From Octopus vulgaris (lineage: Eukaryota): DNA of 64,000 nucleotides. The notes under the pieces were generated by a model. The model worked only from the letters and a program-made list of their open reading frames with translations, was not told the origin of the DNA and searched no databases. This document shows positions 53,026-64,000 of the stretch, piece by piece. Where the stretch lies: NCBI GenBank assembly GCA_951406725.2, contig OX597822.1, positions 62,000,001 to 62,064,000 on the forward strand. Reading direction: 5' to 3'. Both the position numbers and the translations under genes were made by a program. Position 1 is the stretch's first letter. The number at the start of each line of letters is the position of its first letter.

Positions 53026-56000
53026 ACTCTTTTACCTATTTCAGTCACTTAACTGCGGCCATGCTGGAGCACCACCTTTAGTTGAGCAAATCAACCCCAG
53101 GACTTATTCTTTGTAAGCCTAGTACTTATTCTATCAGTCTCTTTTGCCGAACCGCTAAGTTATGGGGACGTAAACACACCAGCATCAGTTGTCAAGCGAT
53201 AGTGGGGGGACAAACACACACACACACACTCTCTCTCTCTCTCTCTCTCTATCCGCTCAGTCGAAGTCGACTCTCGGTCACTCGTTGGATCAGTGTCCTC
53301 CAGTCAGTACTATCCTGGGCCGCTTCCTTCAGACTGGCCATGTCCATTCCGGTATCACTCCTGGTGGTGTCAAGCCAGCGGGTTCTTGGTCGGCCCTTCC
53401 TCTCTTGCCACTGACCATTCCGAGCATGATGTCCTTCTCCAAGGATTCTCTCCGCACAATACGACCGAAATATGCCACTCTACGCTTGGTGATCCCAGCT
53501 TCTAGCGACATTTTCGGCCTTATCTGCTTAAGAACTTCTCCATTGGTGAGCCTCGCTGTCCATGGAATCCGCAAAAGTCTTCTCCAACACCAAAGCTCGA
53601 ATGCATTAATTCTCTTCTGGTCAGCTTTCTTAGTGTCCATGTCTCGCATCCATATGTTGCTATTGGGAAGACAATTGCATTCACCAATCTGCATTTGGTA
53701 GCGAGTCTGATGTCTCTACTCTTCTAGACCCTGCTCATGCTGACCATTGCCTCTCTACCTAGTACTATCCGCCGTCTTATTTCTGGAGCGCAGTCACCAT
53801 CTCGATTTATTTTGGAGCCAAGGAAGATGAAATCATCAACCACTTCACTCTCTTCATTATCGATCTTGATGCTGATGTTTGTTATGGCTGCTGTTGATAT
53901 GATCTTCGTTTTCTTAACATTGAGGTACAGCCTAAATTTCTCACTCTCTTTCTTGACCAGCAGGACAAGATCCTCCAGATCCTTACCACTCTCCGCCAGC
54001 AGGGTTGTATCATCTGCATAGTGAAGGTTATTAATATTTCTTCCTCCAATTCTCACTCCAATGCTGCTATCCTCCAGGCCTGCATTCCTCATGACCTTTT
54101 CAGCGTACATGTTGAAGGCTGCTGGTGACAGGATGCAACCTTTCCGAGTGCCTTTTCCAATCTCAAACCAATCAGTGTCGCCATATAGTGTCCGTACTGT
54201 AGCCTCTTGGTTTTGATAGAGTGATCTAATAAGCTGGACAAGGTGTAAAGGTGTTCCCATTTCCTCCAGACATTTCCATAACTTGTCATGATCAATGCTG
54301 TCAAAGGCTTTGGAGTAATCAATGAAACACATGTACAGCTTCTATTGGTATTCTCTTGCCTTTTCCATAATCCACCGAAGGTTGGCGACGTGATCGCGGG
54401 TGCCTCTTCCCTTTCTGAAACCAGCTTGCACCTCTGGCAATCCTCTCTCAATAGTTGTGTTCAGGCGCTTCTGGATGATTTTAAGGAGAATTTTGCTTAC
54501 ATGGGGGATCAGGGTTATGGTACGGTAGATTGCGCAGTCCTTGGTATCTCTTTTCTTTGGTACTGGGATGAAAACTGACCTCTTCCATTCCCTTGGCCAC
54601 TTACAGGTTCTCCATATACGTTGGCAAAGCGATGTTAGTGTTTTTGTTGGTATTGGCTTGAGTAATTCTAGTGGAATACCATCAGTACCTGGGGCTTTTA
54701 GGTTGGCCAGCTGTTTCATTACCCATACCACCCCATCCTCCAGGATGTCTGGCACCAGTTCCAGTTCCAGTGGCTTCTCTTCTGCCTGTTCACCGAGGTT
54801 GTTCCTGCATATAACTGCTCAGTGTACTCTTTCCATCTTTTCCTGATCCCTTCTTGGTCATGCAGTTCTTCACCATTTCTCCCTCGGATGGTTGCTTGTC
54901 TGGCCATGAATGCTGTACGGGGCTTCTTTACATGTTGGTAAAGTTCTCTCATGTTCCCTTTCCTGTATGCCTCCTCTGCCCTTGCACATTCCTCATTCCA
55001 GTATTTCTCTTTGTCCTTCCTGGCGGCCTGTTGGAACATTGCATTCAGGCGCCGCACTTCATTCCTGCTTCTGGTCATCTTTGCTCTCCTTCTCTCCTCT
55101 GCTATTGCAATAGTCTCCTCCGAAATCCACTTTGCTGATCGTGCGGGTTTCTTGTACAGTACATGTTTCTCTGTTGTTTCAACGACAATTTCCTTCACCT
55201 TCTCCCATATTTCTTCTGCTTCTTGATTCTCTTCGATGGCGAGCAGTTCGAAGCGGTTTCTGATCTCAGCGGCATATGATGGACCAATCTTGCTGGTATC
55301 AAATTTCTGGTAAGCGGGTGGTCGCTTGACGCTGCAGAGTCGTATCTTGATCTCGGCAACCAGAAGTTCATGGTCAGATCCACAGTCTGCCCCAGGGAAC
55401 GTCTTCACAGCTTGAACTGAACTCTTCCACCGTTGCTGACATAGGATGTAGTCGATTTGATTGCGGTACTGTCCGCTTGGTGACGTCCAGGTGTATAACC
55501 TTCTTCTTGGTTGCCGAAACCAAGTATTGGTTAACCGCATGTGTTGTTCTTGACAAAATTAGACCAGTCGATCTCCTGCTTCATTCCGTTTTCCTAATCC
55601 AAATTTGCCAACGATGTCTGCTTCTGTCCTTTCTCCAATTTTGGCATTGAAATCTCCCATAATATACACAACATCTGCTCGTGGTGTTTCTTCGATTGCG
55701 CCCTGAATTTCTGCATAGAATTGTTCTATCTCATCTTTTTCGGCGTCGGCAGTTGGTGCGTAGATTTGTAGCAATGTGATGTTATTGGGTTTGGCTTTGA
55801 TGCGAATGGTAATCACTCGATCACTCATGGTCTGGTAACTTTCAACGCACTTGGATATTTTCTTGTATAGAACAAATCCCACTCCATGTTGTCTGGTCTT
55901 ATTATTGCCCGAAAAGTACATTGTATGATCACCAGAGTTGAAGAAACCATTGCCAGTTCAATGAACTTCGCTGACTCCCAGGATATCGATGTTTAACCGA

Positions 56001-56415
56001 TTCATTTCCTTCTTGATGGTGTCCAACTTCCCAATGTTCATCCCCCTTACGTTCCATGTTCCAATTTTTGTGACTTTTGTGCAGCGCAGGGATCTCAGTT
56101 CGCTGGTGGCTACATCAGCAGGCAGGTGTCTAGAAGGATTTGTCCCGTCCGCGTCATCAATACCGCCGCTATTATGATTATCCTTGTGCTCTTACCCAGT
56201 AGCCAATGTGGTATCTCGCAGCCCGGGGGTCCCACTGTTTGGTACCATCGTACTAGAATTCTTACACTTTTGATCCATAGAGTATATTGGCCAGGATACT
56301 GGGGTAGGTGGCCAGGTCTTTCCCCAGGCCAGAGCCGTTTAGCTAGCATACTTACCATATGCCGTTGCGACCCCCAGCACCACGGTGAGGAGAACGGTTG
56401 GGCTTTGGAGGGGGA

Positions 56416-56494
<79 letters not shown>

Positions 56495-56670
56495 CATATA
56501 CATATATACGACGGGCTTCTTTCAGTTTCCATCTACCAAATCCACTCACAGGGCTTTGATCGACCCGAGGCTATAGTAGAAGACACTTGCCCAAGGTGCC
56601 ACGCATGGGACTGAACCCGGAATCATGTGGTTAGTAAGCAAGTTACTTACCACACAGCCACTCCTGCGCC
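53026..56670 (-). mobile_element. SINE family A split at its central microsatellite by the RTE
   Basis: 3' half at 53026-53229; 5' half at about 56417-56670. Confidence 0.85.
53250..56416 (-). mobile_element. RTE-clade LINE, near full length, with stops and frameshifts
   Basis: IGTWNVRGM, QIYAPT, MGDFNAKIG, NQIDYIL, GSDH, FIDYSKAFDS, YADD and FELWCWRRLLRIPW motifs; (GA)n tail. Confidence 0.93.
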
Positions 56671-57214
56671 TATAAAGCCGCCAACTTTTATTATATCATT
56701 ATATATATTGTTTCCGATATAAATTGATATTGCTACGAAATATTAGCTGGCACATTGGAAAAAAAGAACTGCCAGTACACTACATCATAGTTTGAGAAGC
56801 ACTGCTTTATAGGACTTCCACATTCTGTTGCCATGTAAACTTTATATTTAGTTCATAATATATCTATGAATATCTATATTTATAATATACATACATACGT
56901 ATGTACACACACATACATATTATATATATTCATACACAGAAACCATACAAGAACTTTCTGGTGTCAAAATATTTCTTAAAGCAATATCCTGTATCTCAAA
57001 TAATATATGTCACAAATGATAGCATCACCTTTCAGCTGGAAAAAAACTGAGAATGAATAATTTTATGAAATAAGATCTAACAGGTAAAAAGAAACTGAAC
57101 GAAAAGGAAATAGGGCAGAATAAATATACATCATAACTAATGCAAATCAGATACTCTCACTCTTTCTTTCCCTCTCTCTCTCTCTCTCTCTCTCTCTACA
57201 TATCTTTAACTATT

Positions 57215-57736
57215 TTCTTTTATTTGTTTGTCATTTCACTGCAGCCATGCTGGGACACCGCCTTGGAGGGTTTTAGTCAAACAAATCAACACTAGGACTT
57301 ATTATTTTGGTCTCTTTTGCCGAACTGTTAAGTTAGAGGGACATTACACCAGCACTGGTTGTCAAGCAGTAATGGGGGACAAACACAGGCACAAATACAC
57401 ACATACATATATATATATATATATTATTTTTTGTATTTTTGTATTTATGTTCGTGTAACATCGTCTGTTTTTCCGTCCTTGTTTTCGTATACATTCGATG
57501 CTTTTTCCCAAGGAATCTAATGCTCTTAGCTTAGTTTTTCCTTGGAGCTGGCCAGATTGGAACAATCTCAAGATTAATCAGCGGAAATTGCGAGGATGAT
57601 CTAGTTCTTGACTGAGGATAAAAGACTTCGAATGACCCGTCCTAGTTTTTTTTGTATTGTCTATCTGGATGTTTTGTTGTCCCTTTTTGTATCACCTAGT
57701 TGTCCGGATGTTTTGCGTTCTTGTCCCATTTTGTAT

Positions 57737-57767
<31 letters not shown>

Positions 57768-57776
57768 ATATGTATA

Positions 57777-57849
<73 letters not shown>

Positions 57850-58001
57850 ACGAGCTTCTTTCAGTTTCTGTGTACCAAATCTACTTGCAAGGGTTTGGTT
57901 GGCCTGTGACAATAGGAGAAGACACTTGCCCAAGTCGCCACACAGTGGAACTGAAACTGGAATTATATGGTTAGGAAACAAACTTCTTACCACACAGCCA
58001 C
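57215..58001 (-). mobile_element. Diverged SINE family A with the unclassified repeat (57430-57737) nested in its microsatellite
   Basis: Halves at 57215-57400 and 57850-58001. Confidence 0.7.
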
Positions 58002-58073
58002 GTAGGGTATATGTTTCTGTATATTAATATGCATACAGGCACAGGAGTGGCGGTGTGGTAAGTAGCTTCCTTA

Positions 58074-59135
58074 AGCTTGTCGTAGACGGACCTCTTTTTT
58101 CGGCTGCTTGATGTCACATCTTTCGTCGTGAAAATATTGAACTTTGAGGCTCGACTACAGGTAAGTGTTTGTTGTATCTGTGTTTGTTGTATCTTTTGAG
58201 GGCTTAGTGGAGTTTGTTGCTCTGTATTGAATATTTTTTGGTGAGCAACAGGCTCCAGACATTTGCCTGCCTGTGGTCGTGCATAAAAACTCACTTTGCA
58301 GTGAGAATTGTATTTTTTGAAGAGGCGTAGCTCCTACGCAAAAAATAATTTGTTTACGAAAATTGTCTTCATGTCTGTGAATTTCCACTGGATTACCAAG
58401 GAGTACCAAGGCAGGAAGGACTATTTTTGGAGCTGGAGTACCTATATCGGACTTGTGGAATATGTTGCCGTTGATTGAACTGTCTTCCTTCGTTCTTTTC
58501 TCTGTTCTGTCTTTCCGTTCTTTTTTTTTGTGTTTATTACTGAACTTTTAGAACATTTGAACTTTTGTTGAACTCTTTTTTGTTTCTTTGTGGTTTTAAA
58601 TTATGGCAACAAAGAAAACCACTGTGCTGGAGTGGGAAATTGTCCCCCCCCCCCAAGCAGTGGATAGAGGACCGAAATGGGAGAATGGTGGTGTTGAGGA
58701 CATACTCCAAGTCACTCGACACTATCACTGTGTTCTCTCAGGACGAAATTGAAAAATAGTTGGCAGAATACATACTAACTATCAAGTATATCGCAAGGAG
58801 TGCCAAATTTGCAACAGTGTGGTTACTGTTTGACACCCCTAAAGAGGCTAGCTAGTCAACCCCCTCGAAGGGGAAAAAATTTTGTTTCTCCTCACATATC
58901 GGGGAAGGAAATTGACAAGAGGCTGGGTGAGTGGCCTGTCACCCGGAATAGAGCCTGAGTTGATAGAGGATACTATCCGCCGGGGTCTGGGTAGCAGCGA
59001 AGCCAGGCTCTTGAAAGTTAAAAAGCATCCTGTTGCTGATTGGCTGGGGTCGAAAGCAATTTTGAACATATGGACCCAATCAACCAAAGATCTGGTCTTC
59101 CCAAATTTTCTAAAGATAGCCGGTTCTAGGTTTCC
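58074..59135 (+). mobile_element. Second, diverged copy of the ORF1 element after a SINE A head (58038-58073); ORF1 pseudogene from 58603, 3'-truncated
   Basis: MATKKTTVLEWEIVPP/KQWIEDR..VVLRTYSKSLDTI..ATVWLLFDTP..IEDTIRRGLG aligns with the 49123-50367 protein; 5' ends are homologous. Confidence 0.85.
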
Positions 59136-59952
59136 TCCCCTTCTCCTCTCAAATCCCCTTCTCTGGAATGTTCAGCATTCTTTCCTCCCGTTCCTCCACT
59201 TCACTTCTCAAATCCCCCTCTCTGAAATGTTCAACATTCCTTCACCCCATTCCTCCCTTCCCCTCTCAAATCCCACTATTCGCAATGTTCAACATTACTT
59301 CCACCACTTCCTCCCCTTCACTTCCCAAATCACCCTCTCTGGAATGTTTAACATTCCTTCCTCCCCTCACAAATTCCACTATTTGGAATGTTCAAATTCC
59401 TTCCTCCACTTCCCCTCTAAATCCCACTCTCTGGAATGATCAACATTCCTTCCTCCCCTTCACGTCTCAAATGTGAAGGGGAGGAAGGAATGTTGAACAT
59501 TCCAGAGAGGGGAATTTGAGTAGTGAAGGGGAGGGAGAGGAGGAAGGAATGTTGAACATTCCAGTGAGAGGGATTTGAGAAGGGAAGGGGAAGAAGGCGA
59601 GGAAGGAATGTTGAACATTCCAGAGAGGGGGATTTGAGAAGTGAACGGGAGGAAGGGGAAGAAGGAATGTTGAACATTCCAGAGAGGGGAATTTGAGAGG
59701 TGAAGGGGAGGATGGGGAGGAAAGAATGTTGAACAATCCTTCCTCCCCTTCCACCCCTCCTCTCTCCAATCCCCCACACTGAAATGTTCAACATTCTTTC
59801 CTCCCCTTCCTCCGCTTAACCTCACAAATCCCCCTCTCTAGAATGTTCAGCATTCCTACTCCCCTTCCTCCCCTTCAACTATCAAATCCTCCTCTCTGGA
59901 TTGTTCAGCCATCCTTCCTCCCCATCCCCTCTCAATCCCCTCTCTCTAGAAT
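59135..59952. repeat. Minisatellite of about 50 bp (GGAATGTTCAACATTCC + pyrimidine tract) with an internal inversion at about 59472-59735
   Basis: Visible directly. Confidence 0.9.
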
Positions 59953-61010
59953 GTTCGGCATGAAATCCTCGGAACTTCCCAGGACGTTTCCGACGAGATT
60001 TCCAGGAAGTTGGGGAATCCTAGGAATTTTCCGACGAAATTTCCAGGAAGTTGGGGGGAATCACTGGAACTTTCCATGGAATCCTCGAAACTTTCCAAGA
60101 AGTTTCCCACGAATTTTATAGGAAGTTGTGGGATCCCCGGAATTTTCCATGAAATTCTCAGAACTTTCCAGGAAGTTTCCCTCCGATTTTCCAGGACGTT
60201 TGGCAATCCCCGGAACTTTCCATGAAAACCTCGGAACTTCCCGACGATATTTCCAGGAAGTTGGAGGTATTCTCGGACCTTTCCATGGTGTCCTCGGAAT
60301 TTCCGACTAAATTTCCAGGTAGTTGGGGGAATCCCCCGGAACTTTCCATGGAATTCTCGGAACTTTCCAGGAAGTTTCCGACCAACTTTACAGGAAGTTG
60401 GGGGAATCACCGGAACTTTCCATGATATCCTCGGAACCTTCCAGGAAGTTTCCTCCCAATTTTCCAGGAAGCTGGGGGAATCCCAGGAACTTTCAGAAAC
60501 TTTTTAGGAACTTTCCATGGAATCCTTTCCATGGAAGTTTCCCATTAATTTCCCAGGAATTTTCCCGTGAAATCCTGGGAACTTCCCTTGAAGTTGGGAA
60601 ATTCCTCGGACCTTTCCATGGAATCCTCGGAACTTTCCATAAAATTTTCGATTAAATTTCCAGGAAGTTGGGCAGTCCCCGGAACTTTCCAAGAAGTTTC
60701 CTCCAATTTTCCAGGAAGTTGGGGGAATACCCGGAACATTCCGACAAATTTTTAGGAATTTTTGGAATCCTCGGAACTTTCCAGTAAGTTTCCCCACTAA
60801 TTTTCCAGGGAGTTGTGAAATCCCCGGAACTTTCCGTTCGATTTTCCAGGAAGTTGGGAAATTCCTCGGGCCTTTCCATGGAAACCTCGGAACTTTCCAT
60901 AAAATTTTCGACTAAATTTCCATGAACTTGGGGAGCCCCCGGAACTTTCCATGTAATCCTCGGAACTTTCCAGGAAGTTTCCGACCAATTTTACAGGAAG
61001 TTGGGGAATC
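59953..61010. repeat. Palindrome-rich minisatellite (GGAACTTTCCAGGAAGTT variants)
   Basis: Visible directly. Confidence 0.9.
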
Positions 61011-61109
61011 ATTTTTGCTTGCTGAGTGGACTGGAACAACGTGAAATAAAGTGTCTTGCTCAAAGACATGACGCGCCACGAGGAATCGAACTCACGACCC
61101 ACATGCCTT

Positions 61110-61850
61110 CACAATTGCGACCAAATTGTGACAAAGTGTAACTGAGATAAGCATTTCGAAAAAGCTCAGTCTAAAGTGTCATTGATGAGGGTAAAAATGA
61201 ATTGTTAATGCAAGGTATCAGCAACCAAAGAATGTCATTGGTTTATCGTAGTCTTTATAAAGTATTTCAGAGAACTGAATTCGTAATCCAGTAAAACTCG
61301 TTCAAATACAGACGGCTGAAGACTGAGACAAGGAGTGATAAACAGAAGGCCTAGATGCTTAATATGTGGGTAAATGAGGCTTTTCTCTGGTTTAGTCGAC
61401 CCAATTGCAACTAAAAGCGCGACTGTAGTTATATGATCCCAAAGCGTTAACGCTTATGTATCTTTTTATTGAGATAAAATGATTTCTCAAGGTTTGAGAA
61501 ATGACAGAACCATCAGTTTGTTGTGGCCTTTATAAAAGATTGCAGAAGGTTGAGTCAGGATGGACAAATGCGAGGAGTGACATGGAATTTGTAATGTCTG
61601 TATAATAGGTACACACTCGGAAAAAAGCGTATGGACAAAAACTTGAGACAGATAGTGGTAGACAGAAGGCTTAGATGTTTAATGTGTAGAGCAAGGAAAC
61701 TCTTGTGATTTAGCAGACCACATTGCGAGGAAAAGCACAACTGTGGTTACACGACCTCAAAATGTTCGCGCTGGTGTATATGTTTTTATGGAGATAACAT
61801 GATTTATCTGAGTAACAGCAGTTACCAATAAAAGTGAATAATCGGTTTAT
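61110..61850 (+). pseudogene. Degenerate tandem units of about 280-320 bp, possibly decayed Cys-rich EGF-like repeats
   Basis: ACAGAAGGC at 61342 and 61662; translation RCLMC..FSRPHCEEKHNC..SKC..CICFYGDN, and ESGWT. Confidence 0.3.
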
Positions 61851-61904
61851 GTGATCTTCAGAGAACTGGTTGCTGTTAGCATGAACAAATACAAGGAGAA
61901 ATAT

Positions 61905-64000
61905 AAAAATAGATGGCTTATTTTTTTATTGGCAATTTTATATCCATACCCTGTTCTGTTTAATTCACTTGTAAGGGGTATTAGGGCTATGCAGAATATT
62001 AAAGGTGAAAGTGAGTCACCTTGAAAAATTCCACAGTTGATGTTTATATTTTCTGAGGCAAGTACTCCATTAGAGTGGTATAATTTGAGATTTGTATTCC
62101 ACAACGACATATTGTGCTTCAGGAAGCTTGAAATCACAGGGGAAATTTTGAAGATGTCAGCGATCTCAAGATCCATGGATGCGGTATACTGTCGAAGGCC
62201 TTTTTATAGTCAATCCATGCGGAGCTGAGATTTCTGCGCTTGTGACAGTTCTCAAGGATCATACGATTAATTAGCAGTTGATCTTTACATCCGTATGAGC
62301 CTCGGCGGCACCCTTTTTGTTCAATGGGGAAAATATCGTTCTTCTCCATGAATGCATATGTTTTCTCCGCCAGGATAGATGTTAGGATTTTATACGTGGT
62401 GGATAGACAGGTTATAGGCCGATAGTTTTTGGAAGGTTGGTTTCGTTATTCTTTGGGAGTAAGTAATACCACTTGCTAACCATTCAGGTGTTTTCTTTGG
62501 GTCTCTCATAATTCCATTGAGCAGCTGAACTAGCTTACCGTGTGCGCATGGGAGCGATGCGACCAGAAATTCGGCACCCTATCTTTACCGGGGGATTTCC
62601 AATTATGGGGATTTCGTGAGTGCCTTTCTTAGGTCTGCTATTGTGATGTCTTCCCATGCTTGTTGCTGTAAATTTTGGTAGGATCCTTCTGTTTGTATAA
62701 TCCAGTCTGCATTTATGTTGTACGTCTTCTTGTCACTCCAAATCCTTTTCCAAAAGTTTTGAACTTCTTCCATGGGAGGAGGGTCTTTAACGGTTACTTT
62801 CTCCTTCCCTATTTCTCTGTAGAATTTTTTGGCATTGTATGTGAACAGCTTATTTTGCTTGTAAAACTTGTTTCTCTTCTCAAATCTTCGTATTCTTTGG
62901 GCTTTTGCTTGGACTTTTTGTTTCTTTTATTGATATCAGTTCTTCTCTTGGTAAGGATCCAAATTTTGTCTTCATCTTTCTTCCTGTTCTGGATCTTACA
63001 TCATTTCCACATATCAGTTCATTTGATATTGATATTTTCCCTCTCATAAATTCAATCTCTTTTTCAATTTTACTTCTCCGGGTTTGATTTCTTACCAGGT
63101 TTGGTTTTCTTTGTTTTTTCGGGGCATACAGCTGGTTTCAATTGCCCTAGCAGAAGCGTAAATAATTTCATTTAACTCAGTAAAATCAGGTTTTAATTCT
63201 CGTATTATTTTATTTGTTACATAGTTGCCAATTTGGATTTGTTTTTTATTTTGGTTTGTATTTGAGAGTTTATGAAGTGGTTCTCTATCATTCATACTTG
63301 TATGTCTTACAACTTCAAGCGTATTCAGGATTTTCTGCCTCATTTCTGCCATAGACTCTCTGTGTTCTTCAGCAAATGCGAGATCTTCACTTACTGTTGT
63401 TTTATCATTTTCCTGGCTATCTTTAACAGGTTCAATAGAATTTTTTGTATCTTCGGGCCTTTGCGTACTTTGGTCAGATGGCAGTCTTTCAATTAAACCT
63501 CGTGGCGGGCTATACTGTTCATCTGATTCTTCATTTCCTTTGTGTCTTATATTTATGTCATTTTCCGTTGCGTGCTTGATCGCGCTTATTTCACTGTCTG
63601 TGACTCTGTTATTTCTAAGGATATCCCTTCTCACATTTGCCAATTTGTTCTCGTCCAAATAGGGCCTACTGTCTTGATTCCGTGTTCTCCATATACTGTA
63701 AGAGTTTGCGGTGTGTCTCTCTTGAGATGGCCTACCTAATGCATAGTAATAAGCGTATATTACTTCTTTATACTCTTCTCGGGTCCATTTGTTCCGCTTA
63801 CATTTTTCTTTCTGTGGTGGTGAACTTGGAGGGCTCGAGTTGGGGGATTTCCCGTTCAAGTGACCATCCATGTCCGTATTCGGAGAAGAGTTTGTGCCAG
63901 TTGATGACTTTTCGATCCCAGGCTGGCTCTTCCCTGGGGACGCGCTTCCAGATTAACCATAGGACAAGCGATTTGGTATACTGATTTAGTTTTCCTTTTA
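61905..64000 (-). mobile_element. R4/Dong-like LINE, 5' portion; broken within the RT
   Basis: ORF from 63871 (KWTREEYKEVIYAYY), EQKGCRRGSYGCKDQLLIN, WIDYKKAFDS, GIFQGDSLSPL; ends at KISHL. Confidence 0.9.

Larger units (their letters stand above)
52887..56804. mobile_element. hAT (Charlie-like) MITE holding a nested SINE and RTE
   Basis: TIRs CAGTGCTACTC / GAGAAGCACTG; 8-bp TSD CTTTAAAG / CTTTATAG. Confidence 0.75.

Noticed and set aside
57608-57645. CTGAGGA..GAA..GTC hammerhead-like string (also near 3323)
   Set aside because: Stems I to III do not pair convincingly in either copy.
59135-61010. CRISPR-like palindromic repeats with spacers
   Set aside because: Spacers are variants of one another, there are no cas genes, and the context is eukaryotic.

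Overview
Repeat-saturated, AT-rich eukaryotic DNA, very probably Octopus (inferred from the SINE families and microsatellite load). No intact host protein-coding gene is recognisable. Transposons and retrotransposons include three mariner copies plus a mariner MITE, an IR/DR Tc1, a hAT MITE, non-autonomous Helitrons, an L1/Tx1 LINE, an RTE LINE, R4/Dong-like LINE pieces in (TAA)n tracts, a Naiad-type Penelope-like element (PLE) fragment and three SINE families. There is also a 4-kb CCAA/CCGA satellite and two palindromic minisatellites. Three signals stand out. (1) A 2.2-kb element with a target-site duplication (TSD) encodes only an intact Tx1-type ORF1. It and a diverged second copy sit at the same site in the tRNA-derived head of the dominant SINE. 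(2) There are about ten minimal hammerhead-ribozyme motifs, including a tandem 362-bp unit with a U3-A8 core in a rod-like fold and a G3-C8 variant. (3) A TSD-bounded short element joins a tRNA-like Pol III head to a hammerhead tail. All calls were made by eye, and most boundaries are approximate.
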